Part shown: piece after piece, positions 1 through 8,844 of the stretch
How the letters are laid out: each line of letters starts with the position of its first letter
Position numbering within the stretch: position 1 is the stretch's first letter
Assembly: GCF_019464535.1 (NCBI RefSeq)
Contig: NZ_CP080507.1
Coordinates: forward strand, 1,470,001 to 1,502,000
Direction of reading: 5' to 3'
DNA: 32,000 nt
Source: Horticoccus luteus
Lineage (GTDB): Bacteria; Verrucomicrobiota; Verrucomicrobiia; Opitutales; Opitutaceae
Made by a program: the position numbers and the translations under genes
The notes under the pieces: model-generated
What the model was told of the DNA's origin: nothing
Seen by the model: only the letters and a program-made list of their open reading frames with translations
Database searches by the model: none

Positions 1-2
1 AT

Positions 3-476
3 GCGGCGATCATGGCGGCGGGCGGCCGCGCGGTGCGCACGCCGGTCGGTGATCGCTATGTGATCGAGCGCATGCGCGCGGAAGGTTCCAACCTCGGCGG
101 CGAATCGAGCGGGCACATCATTTGCTCCGACACGTCGCCGACGGGCGATGGCTTGGTGGCGGCATTGAAAATCGTCGAAGTGATGATCGCGACGGGGCGG
201 CGATTGTCGGATTTGCGCCGGGTGTTGCGGAAGTTTCCGCAGCGGACGGCGGCGTTGCGCGTGCAGGAAAAGAAACCTTTGGAGACTTTGCCTGCGCTGT
301 CGCAGGCGATCGCCACGTTGGAAAAGCAACTGGGCGAACGCGGGCGTTTGCTCGTGCGCTATTCCGGCACGGAGGCGAAATTGCGTTTGCTCGTGGAAGG
401 TCCGGATGAAGCGACGGTGCGCGCGGGGTTGGCGGCGCTGGAAGCGGGCGCGCGCGCGGACCTCGTCGTGCTCTAG
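3..476 (+). CDS. glmM: Phosphoglucosamine mutase, C-terminal portion (5' end lies upstream of the window)
   Basis: The frame is open from the window edge. The translation GGESSGHIICSDTSPTGDGLVAALKIVEVM... matches the conserved GExSGH loop and C-terminal domain of the alpha-D-phosphohexomutase/GlmM family. Confidence 0.85.
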   Translation, partial: AAIMAAGGRAVRTPVGDRYVIERMRAEGSNLGGESSGHIICSDTSPTGDGLVAALKIVEVMIATGRRLSDLRRVLRKFPQRTAALRVQEKKPLETLPALSQAIATLEKQLGERGRLLVRYSGTEAKLRLLVEGPDEATVRAGLAALEAGARADLVVL

Positions 477-515
477 CGTTGACCGGCGCCGGTGGGGCGA
501 TTTGCCTGCGAGGCC

Positions 516-1907
516 ATGCCCGATACGCCCGTTTCTGCGCTCGATGCGCGGCAGCAAAAGCTCGCGGATAATGCCCGCGTCGCCCTCGAGCGCGGTAATC
601 TCGACTACGTGCTGGAGATGACCGGGCAGATCTTGAAGACGGCGCCCGGGTGCGTGGCGGTGCGGCGGTTGCAGCGCGCCGCGCAACTGAAGCAGGCGCC
701 GGGGCGCGGCGGAATGTTTTCGCGGGCGTTCGGGCGCGTGACGGTGGCGCCATTTCTTTTCGGCGCGAGCGGCAAGGATCCAGCGCAGGCGTTTGCCGCG
801 GCGGAGAAGGCGCTGGCGGGCGATCCGGGCAATGTGGGCGCGTTGAAACAACTCGCGGCGGCGGCGGAAGCGCTGGGCTGGCCGGAAACCGTGGTGTTCG
901 CACTCGAAGCGGTGCGGGAGATCACGCCGGGAGATGCGGCGAATCTCATCGCGCTCGGCGAAGCGTGGCTCGCCTGGGGCCGGCCGCAGGAAGCGTTGCG
1001 GCTGGCGGACGAGGTATTGCGGACGCGGCCGGTCGATGCGGCGGCGCAGAAGCTGATGCGCACGGCCTCGATTGCGCAGACGATGACCAAAGGGAAATGG
1101 GAATCAGGAGAGGGGTTTCGGACGAAGTTGAAAGACGAAGCCGCGGCCGTGTCGCTCGAGCAGGCGGCGAAACACGTGACGTCGGCGGACATGACTGAAC
1201 GACTTCTCGAGGAAGCGCAGGCACGCGTCGCCGCGGAGCCGGGTAACGTGAATCATGTGCGCGCGGTGGTCGGCGGGTTGCGTCAGCTCGGTCGACTGGA
1301 CGAAGCGGTGGCGTGGATCGAGCGGGCGCAAGCGCTGCCGGGGGGGCAGGGTGATGCGGGGCTGGCGAAAGAGGCGACGGAGCTGCGCACGAAGGCGCTG
1401 GAAGTGCGGGTGCAGCGGGCCGCGGCGGCGGCGGAGACGGGAGCGCCGGAGGGAGGCGCGGACGGTGAGCTGGCGGCGGCGCAGGCGGAATTGCAGGCGT
1501 TTCGGTTGAGCGCAGCGCAGGCGTTGGTGGAGCGTTATCCGAACGACCTCGCAGCGCGCCAGGAGTTGGGAGAAATGCTGCTCGCCGCGGGGCGCGTGGA
1601 TGCGGCGATCGCGCAGTTTCAGCAGGCCGCGAAAAATCCCGCGACGCGCGTGGCGGCGTTGACCGGGTTGGGGAAAGGATTCGCGGCGAAGAAACTTCAC
1701 GATCTGGCGGTGGCACAACTCACGCTCGCGAAGGCGGAGTTGGGAGAGATGAGCGAGCAGAAGAAAGCGGTGCTCTACGAACTCGGGACGGCGCTCGAGG
1801 CGATGGGCAAGCGCGAGGAGGCGATGGCGGAGTTTAAAGCGATTTACAGCGAGGACATCGGCTTTCGCGACGTGCTCGACAAGATCAACGCCTACTACGC
1901 GAACTGA
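516..1907 (+). CDS. TPR-repeat protein of unknown function
   Basis: Long Ala/Leu-rich ORF with repeated helical-hairpin (TPR-like) periodicity, e.g. ALRLADEVLRTRP, AIAQFQQAAKNP, ALEAMGKREEAMAEFKAIY. The ATG at 516 lies in frame 24 nt downstream of the GTG listed in the ORF track. Confidence 0.6.
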   Translation: MPDTPVSALDARQQKLADNARVALERGNLDYVLEMTGQILKTAPGCVAVRRLQRAAQLKQAPGRGGMFSRAFGRVTVAPFLFGASGKDPAQAFAAAEKALAGDPGNVGALKQLAAAAEALGWPETVVFALEAVREITPGDAANLIALGEAWLAWGRPQEALRLADEVLRTRPVDAAAQKLMRTASIAQTMTKGKWESGEGFRTKLKDEAAAVSLEQAAKHVTSADMTERLLEEAQARVAAEPGNVNHVRAVVGGLRQLGRLDEAVAWIERAQALPGGQGDAGLAKEATELRTKALEVRVQRAAAAAETGAPEGGADGELAAAQAELQAFRLSAAQALVERYPNDLAARQELGEMLLAAGRVDAAIAQFQQAAKNPATRVAALTGLGKGFAAKKLHDLAVAQLTLAKAELGEMSEQKKAVLYELGTALEAMGKREEAMAEFKAIYSEDIGFRDVLDKINAYYAN

Positions 1908-2746
1908 GCAGACGGGCGGCGTTCGGCGAGCCAGACCGCGAAGGCCATCAAGGCGCCGCCGAGGAGCAACCGCGGCCAGTCGGCAGACTCGTGGAAGAAG
2001 AGGAGCGACGCTGCGACCATGAGCGGGATTTTGGCGTTGTTCATGACGGCGAGCGTGCCGGCGCTGACGTGGGTGGCGCCCTTGTTCCAGAGGAAAAACG
2101 CGATACCCGAGGCGATCACGCCAAGATAAAGCAACGTGAGTAAAGATGCGCCCGTGAGCGTGACCGTCACGGAATGGGTGAAGCACGCGATGAGCGGAAG
2201 CGTCGCGGCCCCGAGATAAACCAAGGCGAAGGCCGAGCGATCGGTCCACGCGGGCGCATGGCGGCGGAGGTGGCGATACCAGACCTGCCCGATGGCGAAC
2301 GCGAGGTTGGCGAGTTGCACGAGGGCGACGCCCAGGAGGGTGGGCGAAAGCGCGGGAGATTTTAAGATGATGACCACCGCGCCGCCGACGGCGATGAGGG
2401 CGGCGAGGAGCGCGCGCGGCCGAAACGTGCGATCCAGCGCGTCGGCGAGCAGGGTGACAAACAGAGGCGTGGTCAGGGTGAACAGCGCCACTTCGTGCGA
2501 TGGCAGGTGGCGGAGGCTTTCGTTGTAGGCGAGATACATCGCTCCGAACTGAATCGCGCCGATCGCGAAGAGGACGGCCGCCGTGCGAAGGTGGAGGCCA
2601 CGCCAGCGGAAAAACGGCAGGAAAACCAGAAACGCGAGGGCCAGCCGGGCGAAGGCGACGAAGGCCGGATCGACGCCGGTGACGAGGCCCTTGGTCAGGC
2701 CGGGAGAAAACGCCCAGATGAGCGAAACGAGAACCAGCAGCAGCAT
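1895..2746 (-). CDS. EamA/DMT-superfamily (drug/metabolite) transporter
   Basis: About 10 predicted hydrophobic segments arranged as a duplicated EamA domain. The track start at 2791 is a TTG that overlaps the upstream permease. The ATG at 2746 (MLLLVLVSLIW...) is the more likely start. Confidence 0.7.
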   Translation of the reverse strand: MLLLVLVSLIWAFSPGLTKGLVTGVDPAFVAFARLALAFLVFLPFFRWRGLHLRTAAVLFAIGAIQFGAMYLAYNESLRHLPSHEVALFTLTTPLFVTLLADALDRTFRPRALLAALIAVGGAVVIILKSPALSPTLLGVALVQLANLAFAIGQVWYRHLRRHAPAWTDRSAFALVYLGAATLPLIACFTHSVTVTLTGASLLTLLYLGVIASGIAFFLWNKGATHVSAGTLAVMNNAKIPLMVAASLLFFHESADWPRLLLGGALMAFAVWLAERRPSAQFA

Positions 2747-2768
2747 GCGGAACAGGCGCGGACCGCGT

Positions 2769-4463
2769 TCAGACGCGGAAGATGGCGCCAAGTTTTTTGC
2801 CGAGGAGAATAGTCATGCCGACCATGGTGACGCCGAGGAAAACCATGGCCCAAACGCCGAGGGCGCTGGCGATGAACTTGCCGTCGCCGAGGAGTTGGAA
2901 GAGCTCCATGATGGCTTTGGTGATCGGATAATAGTGCTGCTTTTGCGCGAGGATGAGCGAGTCGCTGACCTCCAGCATGGCGAAGGAAAAGGCGAGCAGG
3001 CCGCCGGCGATGATGTTGGCGGCGATAAGGGGGAGCGTGATCTTGAACGTCGCCTTGAGCGGGGGTGCGCCGAGGTTTTGCGCGGCTTCCTCGAGGGTTT
3101 CGCTGGTCTGCTGAAAGCCGGCGGCGGCGGAGCGCACGACGTAGGGCAGGCGGCGCACGGAGTAGGCGATGACCAGCAGGACGGTGGGATTTTCGATGGG
3201 ATTGAGAAACGAAAAGAAGCGGCCGTCCTGTGACATCGCGAGATAGCCGAAGGCGAGCACGAGGCCGGGCACAGCCAGGGGCAGCATGGAAAGGAAGTCG
3301 AGGATCTGGCGGCCCCAGAGTTTCGTGCGCACGATCACGTAGGCGATCGCGACGCCGAGGAAGATGTCGATGATCGTCGAGATGCTCGCGAATTTGAGGC
3401 TGTTGGCGATCGCGGGGACGGTGAGGTCGTGGCCCAGCGCGATGCGGAAATTCTCGAGCGTGAAACGGTGGGGGACGACCGTGCCATACCAGTCGTTGGA
3501 AAACGCGACCAGCACGACGCCGATGTGCGGGAGAATGGCGCAGAGGGTGACGCCGCAAAAAAGAATCGTGCAGAGCAGACCGGCGCCGAAGGGCAGCGAG
3601 CGCGCGCCGCCGCTGCTGGTGGCCTTGGCCATCATGGCATAACCCGCGCGGCCGAAGAGGCCTTTGCCGATGGCGTAAAGCGCGAGCGAACTGGCGAGCA
3701 TCACGGACACGAGCGCGAACGGGAAGGGATTGCCGCCAATGTCTTTCAGCCCATAGAAAATCTGGACGGACGTGACGCGATCATAGTCGAAAATCAAGGG
3801 CGTGCCGAGTTCGGTGAAGGCCCAGATGAAGACGATGGTGCCACCGGCGAAGAGGCCGGATTTGATGAGCGGCAGCGTGATGCGCCGGAAACGACGGAAG
3901 CCGGTGCAGCCGAGGTTTTGCGCGGCTTCGTCCATCGCCGGATCGATGTTGGCGAGCGCGGCGACGGCGTTGAGATAAATGATCGGGTAGAGCGACAGGG
4001 CCTGGACCAAGACGATGCCCCAAAACTGATTGGCGGCGAACCAGTCGAACGTCCAACCCTCGGGGCGCAGACCGAGAGCGATAAGGGCGGCGTTGAGCGC
4101 GCCGTATTGGCCGAAGATTTGCTTGATGCCGATCGCCCCCACGAACGGCGGCAGAATCATCGGGATCAGGATGAGCGAGCCGAGAAGGTTTTTGCCGGCG
4201 AATTTGAAGCGGTCGGCGATGACCGCGAGGGGCAGCGAGATGAGGAGCGCGAGCGTCGTCGTCGCGCACGCGAGGAGAAAGGAGTTGCGCAGGCCGCCGC
4301 GGTAAACCGGGTCGGACAGGACCGCACGGAGGTAGTCGAACGTGATGTGCCCGTCGGCATCGAGAAAGCCGCCTTTGAGGATCTGGAAAATCGGCCAGAC
4401 GAAGAAGGCCGCGAAAAAGGCGGCGGTCAGGGCGAAGATGACGCGCGCGAGGCTCTTGGACAT
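2769..4463 (-). CDS. Two-domain ABC transporter permease, iron(III)/thiamine-type (FbpB/AfuB/ThiP-like)
   Basis: 564 aa with two tandem MetI-like permease domains, each showing an EAA-type loop (DEAAQNLGCTGFRRFRRITLPL and LEEAAQNLGAPPLKATFKITLPL). ATG start at 4463. Confidence 0.8.
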   Translation of the reverse strand: MSKSLARVIFALTAAFFAAFFVWPIFQILKGGFLDADGHITFDYLRAVLSDPVYRGGLRNSFLLACATTTLALLISLPLAVIADRFKFAGKNLLGSLILIPMILPPFVGAIGIKQIFGQYGALNAALIALGLRPEGWTFDWFAANQFWGIVLVQALSLYPIIYLNAVAALANIDPAMDEAAQNLGCTGFRRFRRITLPLIKSGLFAGGTIVFIWAFTELGTPLIFDYDRVTSVQIFYGLKDIGGNPFPFALVSVMLASSLALYAIGKGLFGRAGYAMMAKATSSGGARSLPFGAGLLCTILFCGVTLCAILPHIGVVLVAFSNDWYGTVVPHRFTLENFRIALGHDLTVPAIANSLKFASISTIIDIFLGVAIAYVIVRTKLWGRQILDFLSMLPLAVPGLVLAFGYLAMSQDGRFFSFLNPIENPTVLLVIAYSVRRLPYVVRSAAAGFQQTSETLEEAAQNLGAPPLKATFKITLPLIAANIIAGGLLAFSFAMLEVSDSLILAQKQHYYPITKAIMELFQLLGDGKFIASALGVWAMVFLGVTMVGMTILLGKKLGAIFRV

Positions 4464-4512
4464 CGGCGCGGAGTCTGCGTGGGCGAGCGCGCGCGCAGCA
4501 AGGCGGAAACCG

Positions 4513-4965
4513 TCAGGCGCCGGTGCGGCGGAGGTGGCGTTCGAAGGCCGCGAGCGTTTCCGGGCTGACGTGGTGTTCGATGCCCTCGGCGTCGAGTTCG
4601 GCGCGTTTCTCCGCGATGCCGAGGGACCGCAGGAAAGCGACGACGGTGGTGTGACGCTGCTGCACCGCGGCGGCGAGCCGCAGGCCGGAAGCGGTGAGGA
4701 AAATCGCCCGGTAAGGCAGCGCCGTCACGAAACCATCCCGCTGCAGACGGGCCAGGGTGCGGTTCACGGTGACGTGGGTGACGCCGAGTCGGCGGGCGAG
4801 GTCCACCACGCGCGCTTCGCCTTGGGCGACGGTGAGGTCGGCGATTGCTTCCACATAGTCCTCGGCGATTTCGGAGGCGTGTTCGCGGCGGGTTTGCTGG
4901 AGACTCTCCGCTTGGAGCGACGAAGGCCGCACGGGTTTACGGACGGAGCGGGCGGGCTTTTTCAC
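4513..4965 (-). CDS. mntR: DtxR/MntR-family metal-dependent transcriptional repressor
   Basis: EDYVEAIADL...GEARVVDLARRLGVTHVTVNRTLARLQRDGFV is the DtxR-family winged-HTH, followed by the metal-binding/dimerisation domain. GTG start. It is divergent from an Nramp gene. Confidence 0.8.
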   Translation of the reverse strand: MKKPARSVRKPVRPSSLQAESLQQTRREHASEIAEDYVEAIADLTVAQGEARVVDLARRLGVTHVTVNRTLARLQRDGFVTALPYRAIFLTASGLRLAAAVQQRHTTVVAFLRSLGIAEKRAELDAEGIEHHVSPETLAAFERHLRRTGA

Positions 4966-5014
4966 GGCCCAAGGAGTTGCGGTGGAGGAATCGCTTGACG
5001 AGTCGAAACTCGAA

Positions 5015-5032
5015 ATGTAGCCAAGGCTACAT
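5015..5032. promoter_or_regulatory. Perfect 18-bp palindrome ATGTAGCCAAGGCTACAT, candidate MntR/DtxR-type operator in the mntR-mntH divergent intergenic region
   Basis: Read directly from the sequence: ATGTAGCC is the exact reverse complement of GGCTACAT, with a 2-nt AA centre. It lies about 50 nt from the mntR start and about 54 nt from the mntH ATG. The TAGCC..GGCTA core resembles the TAGG(C/T)TA half-sites of DtxR/IdeR boxes. Confidence 0.6.
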
Positions 5033-5085
5033 CATGAATCGCCGCACAGTTATTCCACTCATCCCGGCGTCAAGCCCGCGGCGGC

Positions 5086-6474
5086 ATGGAAGGGCGGGGC
5101 GCCGTGGCTGACCCGGTGAAGGATCCGGCGGAAGAGCCGGGCGCATGGCGGCGGGCGCGCGAGACGGCGAGTCTGCCGGAAGCGCATCGCACGATCACGG
5201 TGCCGGCGGGCGCGTCGTTTTGGCGGAAGTGTCTGGCGTTTGCCGGGCCGGGTTTCCTCGTCGCGGTGGGCTATATGGACCCCGGCAACTGGGCCACCGA
5301 CCTGGCTGGCGGCGCGCAGTTTGGCTACGCGTTGTTGTCGGTCATCATGATTTCGAACCTGATGGCGATTTTGCTCCAGCATTTGTGCATCAAGCTGGGC
5401 GTGGCGACGGGGCGGGATCTCGCACAGGCGTGCCGCGATCACTACTCGACGCCGGTGGTGTGGTTCCTGTGGATCTTATGCGAACTGGCGATCGCGGCGT
5501 GCGATCTGGCGGAGGTCGTGGGCTCGGCGATCGCGTTGCAATTGTTGTTTGGGATTCCGCTGATCTGGGGCTGCGTGATCACGGCCGCGGACGTGATGGT
5601 GGTGCTGCTGCTGCAGCATAAAGGTTTTCGTTATCTCGAGATCGTGGTGATCCTGCTGATTCTCACGATCGGTTCGTGTTTCGCGGTCGAACTCTTCCTC
5701 GCCAAGCCGGATCCGGTCGGGGTGCTGGCAGGTTTCGTGCCGCAGAGGGAGTTGCTCACCAATCCGGCCATGCTTTATATCGCGATCGGCATCCTGGGGG
5801 CGACGGTGATGCCCCACAATCTGTATTTACACTCGTCCATCGTGCAGACGCGAAAATACGAGCAGACGGCGGGCGGAAAGCGCGAAGCGATACTCTTCGG
5901 CACGCTCGATTCGACGTTCGCGCTGATGTTCGCGTTGTTCATCAACGGCGCGATTTTGGTGCTGGCGGGCGCGGCGTTCCACGGCAGCGGGCATCACGAG
6001 GTGGGTGAGATCCAGGAGGCCTACCATCTGCTCGACGGTTTGCTGGGAGTGAAATTCGCGGGGGTGCTGTTTGCCGTGGCGTTGCTGGCCTCGGGCCAAA
6101 ACTCCACGCTGACGGGCACGTTGGCGGGCCAGATCGTGATGGAGGGATTTCTCAACATCCGGCTGCGGCCGTGGGTGCGACGCCTGATCACACGGGCGAT
6201 CGCGATTGTGCCGGCCGTGCTGGTGATCGGGCTGTTCGGCGAGGACAAGAGCACGGAGCTGCTCGTCGCCAGCCAGGTGTGTCTGAGCATGCAGCTGGGC
6301 TTCGCGTGCTGGCCGTTGATGCGGTTTACGAGCGAGCGGGCGAAGATGGGTGAGTTTACCAATGGCCGGTGGGTCAAGATCACGGGGTGGACGATTACGT
6401 TGGTCATCATTGTGCTGAACCTGAAACTGTTGCTCGACATTGCCGGCGTGACCGGCGGTGCTGCGGGAGCCTGA
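5086..6474 (+). CDS. mntH: Nramp-family divalent metal (Mn2+/Fe2+):H+ symporter
   Basis: Canonical Nramp motifs [23 protein letters not shown] and [12 protein letters not shown], and about 11 TM segments. ATG at 5086. Confidence 0.92.
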   Translation: MEGRGAVADPVKDPAEEPGAWRRARETASLPEAHRTITVPAGASFWRKCLAFAGPGFLVAVGYMDPGNWATDLAGGAQFGYALLSVIMISNLMAILLQHLCIKLGVATGRDLAQACRDHYSTPVVWFLWILCELAIAACDLAEVVGSAIALQLLFGIPLIWGCVITAADVMVVLLLQHKGFRYLEIVVILLILTIGSCFAVELFLAKPDPVGVLAGFVPQRELLTNPAMLYIAIGILGATVMPHNLYLHSSIVQTRKYEQTAGGKREAILFGTLDSTFALMFALFINGAILVLAGAAFHGSGHHEVGEIQEAYHLLDGLLGVKFAGVLFAVALLASGQNSTLTGTLAGQIVMEGFLNIRLRPWVRRLITRAIAIVPAVLVIGLFGEDKSTELLVASQVCLSMQLGFACWPLMRFTSERAKMGEFTNGRWVKITGWTITLVIIVLNLKLLLDIAGVTGGAAGA

Positions 6475-6477
6475 CGC

Positions 6478-6948
6478 ATGTATAAAAAGATTCTGGTGGC
6501 CCTCGAGAATGGACCGGCGGATGCAACGTTGCTCCCGCATGTGGGCGCGCTGGCGCGGCAGCTCGGGGCGGAGTTGCTGCTGATGCACGTGGCGGACGGA
6601 TTTGCGGCGCGGAATTTTCATCAACTCAAGCTGGCGGAGTCGGACGAGATGAAGGCCGACCGCGACTACCTTGACCGATTGGCGGAAGGTTTGCGCGCGA
6701 CGGGCGTGGTGGTGACGACATTGCTCGCGCTGGGCAATCCGCCGACGGAGATCCTGCGGCACGCGGCCAACGATCACTGCGATTTGATCGCGATGACGTC
6801 GCACGGTCATAAGATCATCGGGGACTTTTTTCTCGGCAGCACGATCGACCGCGTGCGGCACAACACGCGCATTCCGTTGCTGATTTTGCGCGCGGAGCGC
6901 CCGGCGGCGGCGGGCGGACGGGGCGGGGCGGGGCGTGCGTCGCCTTGA
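6478..6948 (+). CDS. Universal stress protein (UspA family)
   Basis: MYKKILVALENGP..., LLLMHV, and the ATP-binding-type motif SHGHKIIGDFFLGSTIDRVRHNTRIPLLIL. It starts 4 nt after the mntH stop. Confidence 0.8.
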   Translation: MYKKILVALENGPADATLLPHVGALARQLGAELLLMHVADGFAARNFHQLKLAESDEMKADRDYLDRLAEGLRATGVVVTTLLALGNPPTEILRHAANDHCDLIAMTSHGHKIIGDFFLGSTIDRVRHNTRIPLLILRAERPAAAGGRGGAGRASP

Positions 6949-6981
6949 CCGCGGGCGGCGGGTTGCGGCACGGTGGTGGCG

Positions 6982-7905
6982 ATGAGCATCGTCGATGCGC
7001 ACGTGCATCTTTATCCGCCGGAGGTGAACGGAGGCCCGGGCGCGTGGGCGGCCGCTCGCGGCGAGGCGCAGTGGAGCCGGTTGGCGACGCGGCAGCGGAA
7101 GGACGGGCGTTTCGTCCAGACGTTTCCCGGCGTCGATGCGTTGCTGCGGCAGATGGATGCCGATGGTGTCGGGCGCGCGGTGCTGTTGGGGTGGTATTGG
7201 GAAAAGCCGGAGACGTGCGCGCGGCAGAACGCGTTTTACGCCGAATGCGTGGCGGCGCATCCGGACCGGCTGGCCGCGTTTGCCACGGTGCATCCGGGGG
7301 CAGGCGAAGACAGCGCGGTGGCGGAAGTGCGGCGCGCGCATGAGGCGGGTTTGAGCGGCGTGGGTGAACTGTCGCCGCATTCGCAGGGGCATGGTCTGGA
7401 CGACGCGGCCTTTCGCGCGACGCTCGAATTCGCGGGCGAATGGGGGATGCCAGTGACGCTGCATGTGACGGATCCCGACGCGCGGGCATACCCAGGGAAG
7501 GTGGAAACACCCTTGGAGGATTTTGTCCGGCTCGCGCGGGAGCATCCGCGCACGACCTTCATCCTCGCGCACTGGGGCGGGCTGCTGCCGCTGCGAATGC
7601 CGGAGGCGCGGACGCTCGCGAATGTTTACTACGACACGGCGGCGTCGCCGCTGCTGTATGGAGAAGACGTCTGGCGGCGGTTTCTGGATGTGGTGCCGGC
7701 GGAGCGCGTGTTGTTTGGGTCGGATTTTCCGATCAACGTTTATCCGCGGATCGACGAGTCGCCCAATTTCGCGCGCTTGGTCGCGGAAGCGCATCGGTCG
7801 GGGGCGACGGCGCTGGAACTCGCGCAAGTCATGGGGAGCAGCGCCCGGCGACTGTTAGAGGGGGCGGTTCGTAAAAACGAACCGTATACGGGCCATGGCG
7901 CGTGA
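6982..7905 (+). CDS. Amidohydrolase-2 family metal-dependent hydrolase (TIM barrel)
   Basis: IVDAHVHLYPPE (HxH metal site), VTLHV, ILAHWGG, and FGSDFP near the C-terminus are hallmarks of the PF04909-type family. The ATG at 6982 is in frame with the listed GTG at 6973. Confidence 0.75.
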   Translation: MSIVDAHVHLYPPEVNGGPGAWAAARGEAQWSRLATRQRKDGRFVQTFPGVDALLRQMDADGVGRAVLLGWYWEKPETCARQNAFYAECVAAHPDRLAAFATVHPGAGEDSAVAEVRRAHEAGLSGVGELSPHSQGHGLDDAAFRATLEFAGEWGMPVTLHVTDPDARAYPGKVETPLEDFVRLAREHPRTTFILAHWGGLLPLRMPEARTLANVYYDTAASPLLYGEDVWRRFLDVVPAERVLFGSDFPINVYPRIDESPNFARLVAEAHRSGATALELAQVMGSSARRLLEGAVRKNEPYTGHGA

Positions 7906-8175
7906 AACGATGCGCGGAAGACGAGCGGGCCTCGGGGTCTCTACAATACTTTCTTTACGCGCCATCAATAAACCAGCGGCGAAGACGATCAATGAGGCAC
8001 GCAGCACGAACCTATTAAAAGCCAATGCTACGCGGGCCTGGGCAAATAACCCCATAAAAAACGGCTTGCAGCGAGCAGTGAGTAATCATTTCAAAGCATT
8101 GTTCGATCCAGTTTTACGCTTTATATGCTACCCCTCGCTACCCCGCAGACTCTCTCAAATCAAACATAATATGAA

Positions 8176-8655
8176 ATGCCTAAAATAGTGGATACAAGAA
8201 AAAATGGAATTAAATACGTAAGTAATTTCCATGACGGGGTAGTTGTTGGTATGAAAAGCGAACTGCCGGACTTAATTACTGTTTGGTGCGTCACGCCGGG
8301 TGGAAAGCAATTTATTTTTAATATATATGATGTGTTTTATTTCAGGTGTAGTGAATTTACTGGTTCAAATATTATAAATAATATTGATATTTACGAAAGC
8401 CCGGCAGTTCCGCTGGAGCCGTTTTCGTTCGTTTCTGGATTAATTTCCTCGGAATGGGTCGAGCTTGTGGCTAAAAGAAATGCAGAATTTAACAAAAGAA
8501 ACGAAGGCTGCCTAGTTGACATAACGACATCGGACGGCGCGCGAATTACGATCTTGAGCGGAAAGTCATCTGGCTCTGTAAAAGTGGACGAGTTGCATTG
8601 CGACGGCGCGATGCACCCCAAAAGAATCAGGGGAGGAGGAGGTGGGATAACGTAA
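8176..8655 (+). CDS. AT-rich orphan hypothetical protein (159 aa), possible immunity-like protein
   Basis: This is the only long ORF in a markedly AT-rich block, with no overlapping shadow ORF of similar length apart from a 76-aa antisense one. I recognise no family. It ends in a Gly run (RGGGGGIT). The immunity idea rests on context only. Confidence 0.5.
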   Translation: MPKIVDTRKNGIKYVSNFHDGVVVGMKSELPDLITVWCVTPGGKQFIFNIYDVFYFRCSEFTGSNIINNIDIYESPAVPLEPFSFVSGLISSEWVELVAKRNAEFNKRNEGCLVDITTSDGARITILSGKSSGSVKVDELHCDGAMHPKRIRGGGGGIT

Positions 8656-8830
8656 TTTGTGCGACTACTTCAGCAGAGCTTGAAGAGAGATACGATAAAG
8701 CTATGCACGACGTATGCTAGAATAAACGAAACGTATACGTAATCAATACTTTGGAACCCCGATAAAACCACACATCTTGACTATTGACGATTCTTGAGGG
8801 TCGACGTTAGTCCCAGAGGGACGGCCCCGT

Positions 8831-8844
8831 CAAACGCACGTTTG
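8831..8844. promoter_or_regulatory. Conserved 14-bp palindrome CAAACGCACGTTTG in the repeat leader (candidate protein-binding site)
   Basis: CAAACG and CGTTTG are exact reverse complements. The identical element is present in copy 2 at 11453-11466. TTGACT/TTGACG hexamers lie upstream at 8777-8790. Confidence 0.3.

Noticed and set aside
1895-1907. The 13-nt convergent overlap of the TPR gene and EamA gene 3' ends as a regulatory feature.
   Set aside because: Short convergent overlaps are common in compact high-GC genomes, and there is no associated structure.
5033-5085. A Mn-sensing yybP-ykoY riboswitch upstream of mntH.
   Set aside because: Only about 50 nt separate the palindrome from the ATG. 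That is too short for the riboswitch, and no conserved four-way-junction sequence is evident.
5827-7827. Very long ORFs such as 5827-7827(-), 1104-2249(-), 3429-4568(+), 15014-16567(-), 15313-17013(+ part), 17674-19257(+), 19810-21024(-), 25072-26043(+ part) and 27762-29522(+).
   Set aside because: All are Arg/Pro/Gly/Ala-rich low-complexity translations lying antisense or out of frame to genes with unmistakable family motifs (mntH, the OPT transporter, argA, proS, hemF, prfC and others). These are classic shadow ORFs of high-GC DNA.
7855-8188. Small ORFs at the left edge of the island: 7855-8055(-) of 66 aa and 7895-8188(+) of 97 aa.
   Set aside because: They overlap each other and the amidohydrolase 3' end. 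They have no motifs and no convincing start context, and they straddle the GC transition. They are likely non-coding junction DNA.
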